From positions 5,872,761-5,936,760 of the forward strand of contig SMSO01000031.1 in NCBI GenBank assembly GCA_004764695.1: a stretch of 64,000 nt of DNA. The letters run 5' to 3'. A program made the translations under genes and the position numbers. The first letter of the stretch is position 1; every line of letters starts with the position of its first letter. This document shows positions 1 through 10,255 of this stretch, piece after piece. Source of the stretch: Schizochytrium sp. TIO01 (Eukaryota; Protista; Bigyra: Labyrinthulomycetes). The notes under the pieces were generated by a model. The model ran no database searches. It was not told where the DNA came from and worked only from the letters and a program-made list of their open reading frames with translations.

Positions 1-979
1 AGCAAGTCACAATAGTAATTAGTAGAGCCCGCTAGAGTTCGGTGGTTGGAAATTAGAAATAGTAATAGAATTGAAAGAAAAGAAAAGGAAAAAGAGAGCC
101 TCGCTGGGGTGTGTATTACGTGAGTAAAGATCAATTTTCAACAATATCGAGGTCAAGAAGAAGGGAATGCGGCGCTGCACTAGGAATATGCAAGTGGGGC
201 CAACTTCATGTGAGCAAAGGTATCTGCCTGTCAGACAAAGAAACTAGAAACCAAAAGAGAATAGAGGAGAGGAAATAAGTCCCTTCCTAGCCGGGATGAA
301 GTGGTAACAGCACATGCACTTATCGGAAGCAAAAAGAGTGCATGCTCTGCAAAAGTTGGATGCATCAACGAGCGACTTCTCTCGATTCATAAACATATAC
401 CTGTGCAAAGCACAGATTCTGCTCATTATTCTTTGAGTTCGTACATGGGATGCCGCGTCCATTCTCTGATAGAAAGGGCGAAGTAGCCAGAGTGCTTTGA
501 AACGCAGTAGATGTTAGGACTTGGCGTAAAAGGTGAGACTGAGTTGTTCGCGGTGTAATGGTCAGGAGTTCTATTTTGGGACGTATGCGCGATTTCTGGA
601 GTGATAGAGAACAATACGCATGAGACCATACAAAGAATATGTTGATGACCACAATGTACATGCGATTGCATAATAGGTATTCTTAAGTGGGAGTATGGTC
701 ACTTCAACTCTTCTCTGAAGGTGTGCTCGAGACCATGGGGAGGTATTAAAGTTCATGGTGAGTCTGGTAAAGGTGGTCACGGCAGAAGTGATAACATCGT
801 AAGAGAGTTCTAACAAGCAGCAACAGATGTTCTTGCTTGTCAGAAAGGTACATACGAAACGAGAGGAGGAGAAGGAGGATGAGGTTCAAATGAGGGCATA
901 GTAGTAGACAATGAAAAGAAACGCTGTATATATGGGTATGCTTCATATGTTCGAGGAGGTAAACTCAGACAGTATTTTC

Positions 980-2155
980 TTATGAGGATGACTCCATTGT
1001 ATCTTTATTCCAATTTACACAGAACTGGCGAGCAATCTTAGTGAAGTTTGAACGAGAGATCCGGTGACCTTCGAGTTCAAGCATGCTTTCTTGCTTCGGG
1101 TCATCATTTTCAATGATGCGTGTGTCAGTATGGCCGCTTTCACGAAGATGATATTCGGCACGATGCATAAGTGCAGACCAGATGCAGCTGCGTTCTGGTG
1201 CACTACGAATACTCCGTTCATAGGCCCCTATGACATCTTTGCATGCCTGTCGAATAAGAACCATGCGGCGATCAACTTCAACGCCCGAGCCAGTCTCGCT
1301 ATCCTCTAAATGTGTTGGTCCGTCACTTCCGTCGTTCACCTGAGCTGATGATGAAGAACGAGAGCGCGACTTCCACTCTGTATCCGAGCCCTTACGCAAA
1401 GAGGGCCTCCGTGTCTGATTTGAGGCTGCCGCTGCTGCTGCTGCTGCTGCATTGGGCGCTGAGCACATCGCGATCACGCTACTTTCTGGAGTAACATGAT
1501 GCTCGCTCTCGAGAACAAAGTGAACATCGTCCTCAAAGAGAATCGCAGTACGATGCTTAGGCTTAACGCGGAGAGTTGACTTTTCAATGCGCTCCTTGTT
1601 TTCTGGAGTGAGTTCCTCCATATTGGACCTCTCAAGGACATTTAGAAACCAGATCGCATGGTGTACTGTTAGAATGGCGTCTGCCGGGGGTCTCTCGCTT
1701 ATGATAAAGCCTGGTGGGAAAGAGAATTCGAGACCTGAATTGTTGGCCACGCCTCCCCTGCCTTCACCAACAAAATGGTCGTTCTCTTCTCCAAGGAATT
1801 GTTGTCCATTATGATTAGAATAGCGCTGCACGTGCGCGTCTTCAAAGATCTCGTTGTCCAGAGTATCGATGGAGGGTCTTTGCAGCTGCAAACCCACTCC
1901 GGCTTGCAAGTTCATTGACTGCTGCATGTGATGTGGCTGTAAATGCAGCTGGTGCGACGGATGTTGTCGATGCAGTTGGGGTTGATGTTGCTGCTGCTGT
2001 AGGAGGTGTACCTGGTGCTGCTGCTGCTGCTGCTGCAGCTGCTGCAGGAAGTGCGGTTGCGACTGCATGGGTTGCTGAGAGTGGTTGGGCGGGTGGACTG
2101 GTCGCTCAAGCTTCATCTCCAGCGCATCTGGGCCCTCGTTCGCGCCGCGCTTCAT
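980..2155 (-). CDS. Uncharacterised 391-aa protein with N-terminal polyQ/His-rich region and polyA tract (possible nuclear regulator)
   Basis: Single-exon ATG..TAA ORF with Q/H-rich low-complexity N-terminus, an Ala run and two short globular-looking blocks. No family recognised. Confidence 0.8.
   Translation of the reverse strand: MKRGANEGPDALEMKLERPVHPPNHSQQPMQSQPHFLQQLQQQQQQHQVHLLQQQQHQPQLHRQHPSHQLHLQPHHMQQSMNLQAGVGLQLQRPSIDTLDNEIFEDAHVQRYSNHNGQQFLGEENDHFVGEGRGGVANNSGLEFSFPPGFIISERPPADAILTVHHAIWFLNVLERSNMEELTPENKERIEKSTLRVKPKHRTAILFEDDVHFVLESEHHVTPESSVIAMCSAPNAAAAAAAAASNQTRRPSLRKGSDTEWKSRSRSSSSAQVNDGSDGPTHLEDSETGSGVEVDRRMVLIRQACKDVIGAYERSIRSAPERSCIWSALMHRAEYHLRESGHTDTRIIENDDPKQESMLELEGHRISRSNFTKIARQFCVNWNKDTMESSS
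2008..2047 (-). repeat. Coding CAG-rich repeat (polyQ)
   Basis: Plus strand reads (TGC)n, i.e. CAG codons for QQLQQQQQQHQ in the 980..2155 ORF. Confidence 0.85.
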
Positions 2156-4672
2156 GCCAGCCCCGCCCTATATTTAGTTAGGCAACGAGGGAGGGCAACG
2201 AGCAGAAGGACTGAAAGTGGAATGAATCAATCAATCAATCAAAAAAACAACAAACAAACAAATTATAAACAAACTATTCTTTTCTCTCTCTCGTTTCATT
2301 TTGAAAAGAGTATAAACACTCCAACAGAGAGAGAAAGAAAAAAATGAGGAAATGCGAGCTGCACATCTAAGGACTACTCCTAAGACCTCTCTACATTGAG
2401 ACGACGAGGCCGCACGTGCCGCAACGAGCAGTGCACTACCACTGCAACTCCCGTTGTCCTTGGCAGAAAGATAGGAGGGAGGGTTGCTCAACCGTGAAGG
2501 GATTAATCGCTCGCCTTTAGCGATGAAGCGGGAGTGGACCCCCCTTCTCAGGGATTGTCTATTGTGCTAATCGACTGATTTTGTAAAATGATTGTTCTCG
2601 TTGGTTTGGTTTTGGAGCTTAATCACATTTTATAAATATAGAATAATATTAAAACTTTAAGTAAAGTAGAGGAGAGAAGAAGAAATGAAATGTTTTCTTT
2701 GTTTTCTTTGTTTTGTTTTTTTACTATTAGTAGTGACTATCGTACACTGACTGTTGATAACCATCGTGATGAGTTCTGGTTTTCTTAGTAGGCACAACTA
2801 CACCATTAACAGAAAATAGGTGCAGGCGTGTTTAATTGATGTTCCCGTGTGCCCAATTGAAGAGAAGGAGAAGAGGGCTCATTCACTCCTCTTCACTTCG
2901 GTTCTAAAAGTAATGTTTCGTTTTGTTGTAAAAACAAATAAAAGTATTTCCTTTTTGTAAAAGTACCTAAGCTATTGTAAGGATCGCAAGTATTTATTTT
3001 TACAAAAAGTAGAAAGCTTACCTTCCTGGTGTACTGCCTTTGAATTGAAATTACTCTGGTGCAGACGCAAGGTTTACGCGCTTCCAATGCAAGGTGTTTG
3101 TTTACTAGGATGACAGAAAGTCTGGAAATGGAAAAGATTTAGACCTCGATGGCAATTCTGCCATAACCTTTTGACCATAATGAGAGAATCGCAAGAAGGG
3201 AAACAGAACTTAAATTTTCACTTTGAGCTCACGAGAAGCACGGACGCGTGCAGCTTGAGTGCATCGAATTCTCTGATAGTATCCACCAAATAGCATAAGG
3301 ACACTTGTGTTAAGGCAGCAAATTGGCCAACATCAACATGATACATCAAGAAAGCTTGCTACAAGAGCAACGCTCAAAGCCCTAGGGTGCTCTTTCGTTT
3401 TCAAGAAATTCAGAAAATCAACTTCTTCAAAGAAGGGTGTGCTACATTGAAAGCATGGGCCATTGTAAGTGGGTGGGTGGGTGGGTACATAAGTGCTCTT
3501 ACTCATTTTAAAAACTGAAGAACGTGACTGCAGAGGAAATGTGTTTACTATAGGTAGAAAACCCGCAAGCTATAGATTCAACAGCATAATCATAAATAGG
3601 TATACATGAACAATGGTGAAGGAATACACTGGTAGCATGTCTTGAACTTGAACTTCAACCAATCACAACCAATTTCGTCGCAAACTTACTTTATTTCCTT
3701 TAAGTTTCTCTTTCTCTAATTCGAAGGGGTGTGTATTTCTTGAAATTCCGACTCATCCCTAGTCTTTGTATGAGCAAACAATAGAAGTAGGTACTACGTA
3801 GCTAGCCTAACGAAGATTTTAATTACTTATTTATAATTCAAAATTTAAGATCTTTAGTATGATATATTAATTTACTTTTTTTTACTTTTTTTTTTTAAAG
3901 AGTCGCTTTTTAATTTATCGCCCTACCATTGCTACTAATAACTGTCTTGAAGTTGCGTTCCGCAAGAATTTGTGATCCCAGCTTGTCTTAGGTACCCCGT
4001 TAGGAGGTAGGTATCTAGCTAGAGAAGCAGTCAGTAACTCTTTGGTAAATGAAACACCTAGCTAGAAACCAAACCCCTTTTCTGTTTCTTATTCTCTTCT
4101 TTCCTCTTTTCTTTAGAAAAGGAAAAAACAAAACTAAACAATTATTTTTTTTCTGTAACAAAGTTGTTTCTTTAAAGCTGCTTTATGAAGCAGGTAAGTA
4201 TTAATTAGGTAGGTACCCACTACATAGTCCTACCATGATCGCTCTGGTTCCGCAAAGAATCCCTCTAAGAGTAGTTGCTAGGAAGGTAGCAAGTATTGTT
4301 ATTTAAAATCCCTCACTCGAATGCTCCTTTTCTTGAAAAGTGAGTGCGGAGAAGTGCGACGGCGTTCTTGATTAACCCTGAGTGGTAGCTAAACAATAGA
4401 TAACTTCTACTAGTACACCTTTGGCAAAATCTACTGTTACTAGTATTGCTATTTTATTTATTTTTAAGTACAAATAGTATAGGCTACTAATAAACAAAAT
4501 AAGCGACTCGAAGCGGGATAAAGCACTCAAAGCGCGTGGCTGCACCTAGGCATTATCAAATCTACCTGCTTGAATATGCAGTGGTAAAGTAAACACGGGA
4601 TCGCGGCCAACTTACCCATCCTTAAGATCACTCGTTTACATGCTCCCCGTTTGCATGTATTGCAGAGGAAAC

Positions 4673-5670
4673 TCAACTTGAAGATTGATTAATTACTTCG
4701 TCACGCTCTTCCATGACATGACTAATTATCGTACTGAGCAGCAGTAAGTGCATACTACTGACTGAGACCATGTCATGTTCAGGCCATTCATATCTCGATT
4801 GGAGCTGCACGTGCCAATGGTTCCACCTCTGGATTGTTTCACCTGTTCGAAGTTGACATGTGACATGTGCTTGCCAATTGCACCCAGCTAAAGCGGAATC
4901 GCGAGCCCACTTTAACACTGATAACTCAAAAGGCCTCATGTCGCAAATACTGTTCAGGGAGCAAGCGAGGAATTCGCGTTGTTCAAGTTGGAGTGCTACG
5001 ATGTTTTTCAAAGTTGCATTTGAAGTTCTGGCCGCCGTCCTTCTCTACCAACATATGGGTTGATTGATATAGGTAGTAGGCCTACGTATAGATTTCCCTC
5101 GTTTAAATTTTTGTTGAAATGAAAATTGAAGTTGCCAGGCTGATGGAGAGAGGCCCTATGTAAGTGCCTAGGTACTTTGCAATTGACGTTGAAATTGTAC
5201 ATGGAAGCAACGGCAAATATGCCTTTTGAGATCCTACCAAAGTTAAAGGGTGGAGTGGGTTTAATTGGGTGCAAAGGCATCAACACTTAAAGCATACTGG
5301 ACAATGAATATTTATCATATTGTGTTGATTCTCTGGGCTTTCCGTCTGAGAAACACGAAACCTCCGTTTCGATGTAGGTATTTATTATTGGGTGGTTGTT
5401 CTTTTGCTTCTTCAATACAAATCTGAGCGAGGGAAATTTTGAGGCTGCCTCACCAGAGTAAGTAGAACTATCTATATATAGCAGTAGTGATACGTAGCAG
5501 ACCTGGAGATCGAAGGAATTCTTCTCACTTGAGACCACGTGGCCGTAGTGTTCAGGGCTTACTTGGGCTTGCCATTGCCCGTGACTTCGATCCACGGACC
5601 ATGTTTCCGATAATTGCCTGCATCGCAAATATTACATAATCAGCTTTGCAGCATCAATTACCTTTTCTTC
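4673..5670 (-). pseudogene. Possible decayed coding exon (~330 codons, two in-frame TAA stops, one frameshift)
   Basis: Acceptor-like TTGCTTGCTGCAG ends at 5671. One frame then runs 5670->5008, interrupted only by TAA at 5634-5632 and 5289-5287, and shifts into the 4673..5011 ORF. No homology recognised. Confidence 0.3.
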
Positions 5671-5831
5671 CTGCAGCAAGCAAGATCAGAGCCTATCAGT
5701 AATTCTAGCACTTCTTCCCAGACCAATTACTTTTAATTAACATTGTTCATGATCTAGCATTGATCAGTATGTAAAGCAAACTACTCTTTACCTTCTTTTG
5801 TCCTTTCGTTTTTGCAAAGGCTTTAATTAAT

Positions 5832-5853
5832 ATCATCATCATCATCATCATCA
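5832..5853. repeat. (ATC)7 microsatellite
   Basis: Read directly from the sequence. Confidence 0.9.
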
Positions 5854-7368
5854 GAAATGTATTTTATCTTTAATGTTCTCTCTCTTTCTCTTGCGGGCTG
5901 TTGTCTGAAGCATGATCTCTCATGTCATTTCTTCTTGCTATGTCACGATGGAATTTTTTGCTGTTAATCGAAATAGATTGACGAATCTTGCAACCTATTC
6001 CTCTTCTCGATCTCCTCCCTATTCAAATTGTCGGCAGCTATTGTTTGACGCCTTAAAACGAATTGAAGCAAGAATCACGCACAAGCTTCTTACTCTTCTT
6101 CTTTTCTTCTTTTCAATTTTTATTTTTATTCAATTTTTATTCAATTTTTTAATCTCTCCAGAATGCTGCAGTTTGACTAGGCCATTCTTCTTAACAAAGC
6201 AAAGTTTTCTGAATCGGAGGATTATACGGCAGGAGTGTACAATATATATCGCTAAGATTCAGTTGAGCAAACTTTTGTCCTCCCTGCATTTCAAAAGGGG
6301 GATTTTACTTTGAAGATCATTATAGGCTGTGAGTTGATGAAACTGAAGGCGTTCTTATTCCTACTCTACTGAAGCCCTTGTTTTTTCCCTCTATCCCCTT
6401 ATTTCTCACAACTTATGCCCGAGGTGCATGTTTCAGAAAGCACATCAGGGAATATGTTAATTTATAAACGATTGCCAATGACACTCTTAAATAGCGATAT
6501 TGAATAAGAAGGAGAGAATACCTTTTGTCTTTAAAGTAAAAAGGCCCAGGCTTTAAGCTTTCTTTGTATTATATGTAGATTTGCATTCAAGTCAGATGCA
6601 AGATGGTTTAGCAAGAAAAATAGTGCCATGCTAAAGAATCTCATAACTCAAGGTCAATTTCGCATTTCATAGTGACGGAAACGTCAGCTGGAAATAAAGC
6701 TTAAATGAAATAACAGAAACCTCCTTACATATAAACATGATGTTTCGTTTTATATTTGTTTTCACACGATCGTAGTTGAACTTATCGATAGTTATGCAGT
6801 TGCCAGAAAAACAATACACGCCGAATCATTTTGTCCGAAGTTAGCCATTAATGAGCACTGTGGCGCCATTGGGCATCGAACCCGAGAAACCTAACAAAAA
6901 GATCCACTGGAGAGGAACCCTTTTTACAGGTTGCAAATATGATAGATTTTCCATTCGTTCAGACAGCTGCCTAACTTTCAAATCGAGTGGATTGTGTATT
7001 TTCAATTCTGACTGTCCTAATATCTCACTCCAAGTATCCATTTTTTTTTTTTTAAGTTTTTTTGTCTCCGCAAATCTAATCATGCCAGTGGAAAAACTCA
7101 TGATCGAGTCCTAAGTTTTGCGTTTTTACATTAGGATCCTTAGTGTTATGTAAAGTACCTAGTAGATAGATGGTAATTTCTGTCATTTTCATTAACATTT
7201 AATATTACCTGATGGGTTCTGGTAGTTGTGTTCATCGTGCACGCGCATCTTGACTCACAATCATAACTTCATTGTAAATTTAAGCTTAAACAAAGCGGGG
7301 ATGCAAAGAAATAAAAATGTGTGGTTTATTGGAAAACAAATACGTATACAAAATAGTAGATACAACTA

Positions 7369-8818
7369 TCATTGCAGCATCTTTGAAGGATCTGCAGGAT
7401 GTGTCTTTTGCCGATAAGTAAGCAAGCGTTTCAGGCTTGTAAGATACTTCCGTTGAGACTCATCGTTCATGACATGGGCCACTTTGCCAGCATTAATTCG
7501 TTCGCGACCCTTGCGCTCATGGATACCAACCATAGTAACTCCAATAGGCCACGGGTCATTGCCAATTGCCAAGCGTACATAATGATCAGCTGCCTGTAAA
7601 TTCTTTCTGTTAGTCCTCCAATTCCATGCCATTCCAAATTTGCAATTTCTGTCAATGTGTAGAGGGAGGAAAAAAAGACCTCATGGGCTTTGCATCAAAG
7701 CCCGAAAAGAAGGTCTAGGAAAGGCAAAGGAGGGGTAAAGGAATTGTTTGGATGGTGTCAGCAGGCATCAGATTCGTGAAAACTGAAAATATTAAAAGAT
7801 GTCACTCACGTGGCATTTTGCCTCAGTGAAAAATTAAAATCATCATCTGCCATTCCGACACTTTATAACATCGAAATCCCTACCCCATATTTTCCATCTC
7901 GCCTTCCTGACGATCCGCATTATGCAGCATATTCTAACTTACTTGAGTGTACTCTCGCTTCATACATAGCTGAATCATCTGGTCTACAGATTCAAGAACC
8001 TCTGGTGCAACTTGCTTGTTCTTCAGAAGTTTCTTTAGGGGACGAAGGTGGTCCTTTGTCTGCTTAAGAGTCTGCACTTCCTGGCGACCGGCAGTCATGC
8101 GTCGCTGCGCAGGATCCATAGCGTCTACCGCACGCTCCCAATCCCCAAGTGTGAGTTTCAGAAAAGCGAGGATGCGTTTCTCTGGTGTCTTTTTGTTTAC
8201 GACATCATCATCGCTCAACTTGCGCTCTTCGCGCACCTTGCCATCTTCTTCGTCGCCGGCCTCCTCGCGAGAAAGCTTCATACCCTTGAGCTCATCGGCA
8301 CCCAGATTTTGCTGCTCTAGCATACGAAGTCGCTTCAAGCGCTCTGCAAAGTTTTCACCAAAGAGAGTCACAGGTTCACCACGAGCTCGCAGACGCCGCA
8401 CAATCTCTTCCAGCGTAAGGTCTGTCTCCTCTTCTGCTGCAGAGCTTGCTTTCGGCACCGCCGAAGATCCTGCGCTTACCTGCTTCGATTCTGGACTTGT
8501 CTTCGAACTCTCGCCTGCGTTCGCGGCTGCCTCTGGAACACCAGAGGCCGCTACGGCAGCGTCCTCAGCCTTGCGTCTCTGCCGCAGGGCGCTGTCGCCA
8601 GCGTCCTCGCGAGGTCTCTTGCGCCCAGCATCTGCTCCCTTGGCAGCCCCGCCGCTGGCCCCTGTGACCCCCCGGCGAGGGCCCGAGGCCCGCTTGGCCC
8701 GCCCATCCGCAATGAGCGCCGCGAGGGCGTCCATCGCAGCGAGCAGCGCCGAAGAGGGTCCGCGCGCGCGGAAGGGTCGATCGTCTTGCCTCGCCTTTCG
8801 AGGATTGTCTCCACCCAT
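7369..8818 (-). CDS. PRP18: Pre-mRNA splicing factor 18, 2 exons (8818..7943, 7593..7369), ~366 aa
   Basis: PRP4-like motif [17 protein letters not shown] in exon 1. Prp18 core [23 protein letters not shown]...[19 protein letters not shown] in exon 2. A phase-0 GTAAGT...TTTACAG intron (7942..7594) joins REYTQ to AADHY in frame. Confidence 0.95.
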
Positions 8819-8869
8819 GATTCAAAAGCACTCAAATCGCGCTTCCTTCGAACTCCTCGCTCTGCTAAG

Positions 8870-9060
8870 ACCAGCTAGGGAACCAACTAGCAGCGCCCGG
8901 ACTAGCACTTGGATAGCGCTATCTACGGTCGACGGCCGTCGGGAGCGCTACTGGCCAGCTAGCGCTTCCACTAGGGGTGCTCTAGGACGAGCTTCGCTTA
9001 GTAACGCTTAGCCCATCGAAAGGCTGAATAGCTGCCTGTAGGAACTCCTAGGGACTAGGC
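8870..9060. promoter_or_regulatory. CTAG- and palindrome-dense patch immediately upstream of PRP18
   Basis: 8 CTAG in 8875..9058, perfect 12-bp palindromes at 8912..8923 and 8930..8941, near-perfect 23-bp palindrome at 8944..8966. The regulatory role is inferred from position only. Confidence 0.45.
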
Positions 9061-10255
9061 ATGGCGGTAGCACCAGCTTAGGCAGCGCTGAGAGCGTTAG
9101 GATTATGGAATCGCTGCGCGAATGATTCACGATGTCGCGCGAAGCGAAGAAGCGCTGTCACCGCAGTGAGTGAAGCAAGCACGCACTGCACAAGCTACTG
9201 CCGCTTGCCGGCTATCGCAAGCCGCCTTCACCCGTGTAGATCCGGGGATATCTTGAGCAGGCGGGCAGGCAGGCAGCTATGAAGGCTTGGCTTCTTGGCC
9301 TCATCGTCTCGCTCCACTCACTGCAAGTGGCTTTGCGCGAGCCGTTCGTTCATTCCTTGTTTGGAGGCTGCCGTGCCTGTCTGTCTATCCAAAGACAAAG
9401 ACGGACAGGCGTCAAGCAAAGGATTGGTTGCCAGCGCCTCCGGTGCAGCGGGTCGTCTCGTGGTGCAGACAACCAACATTTTGGAAGCCGCTTGGAGCCA
9501 CACATCTCTCTCTCTGTTTCTCTCTCTCTTTCTGTCTGTTTCTGTTTGGGTTTCTGTAAACTGCGAAAAAGGCCGAAGACGATTGTTGCTGGGAACGTGG
9601 GGAACCTGCTTTCAGTAGAAGTTGCGGATAGAGAGCTTATCTATCTATCCTGCAGAATGAATGAATGAATCTCAAGACTTTTTGGTGTACTGACTCGAAC
9701 TCAGCATTTGCTTTGCACTGGGTACCGCTTTTCCCAGAGATTAGACCTGAATGTCCGAAACTTGGCTATGGTTTAATGAGTTATCGTTGATTGAGGTAGC
9801 ACTACCATTACCACTAGTTCTTGGGAGATTTAGTTCGATCGAGGGCCTGGTCCTGGTAGCTAGAGTAGTTATAGAAGTAGTTAGGTGCTCGCTATTGTTT
9901 ATGTCAATAACAGTTGCGAAATGTTTATTAGATTAGATATTATGATACATGTATAGTAGATTCATTTTTTAAAGGAGGGAGACATATATCAATACACTAT
10001 GTCTTGTATGACAATGATGCACAGCAAAACCGACGAGGATATTCATTGGAGTGTTGTAGATATTAGTAGACCACAGCGTCAAGCAAATACTTAGTAGTGG
10101 ATAGTAGGTACCTACATACTCTTCAAGATGATAAGCTTGAACTCTAAAGTGAAATACAGGTTGTGGTTCCACTATTGTAAGAGTATAAATTCGTCAAAGC
10201 AAGAAGCAAATCATGAACTCTAAGAATATTGCAAGTAAGAGATTCATTGAAAATA

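Noticed and set aside
5287-5634. In-frame TAA codons as evidence for stop-codon reassignment
   Set aside because: Conserved genes here (RBBP4, CCT8, KMO, RPC1) end in TAA and have no internal stops, so the standard code applies.
8016-9011. 331-aa plus-strand ORF
   Set aside because: Antisense shadow of GC-rich PRP18 exon 1; S/R/A-biased with no family motifs.
9680-9750. B-box-like AGTTCGAGTC on the minus strand (and CAGAGATTAG, vaguely U6-like) left of the transposase, considered as a split tRNA/snRNA target of Dada
   Set aside because: No proper T-stem, acceptor stem or oligo-T terminator can be formed, and the U6 ACAGAGAAGATTAGC match is too short and gapped. tRNAscan-SE/Infernal would be needed to revive it.
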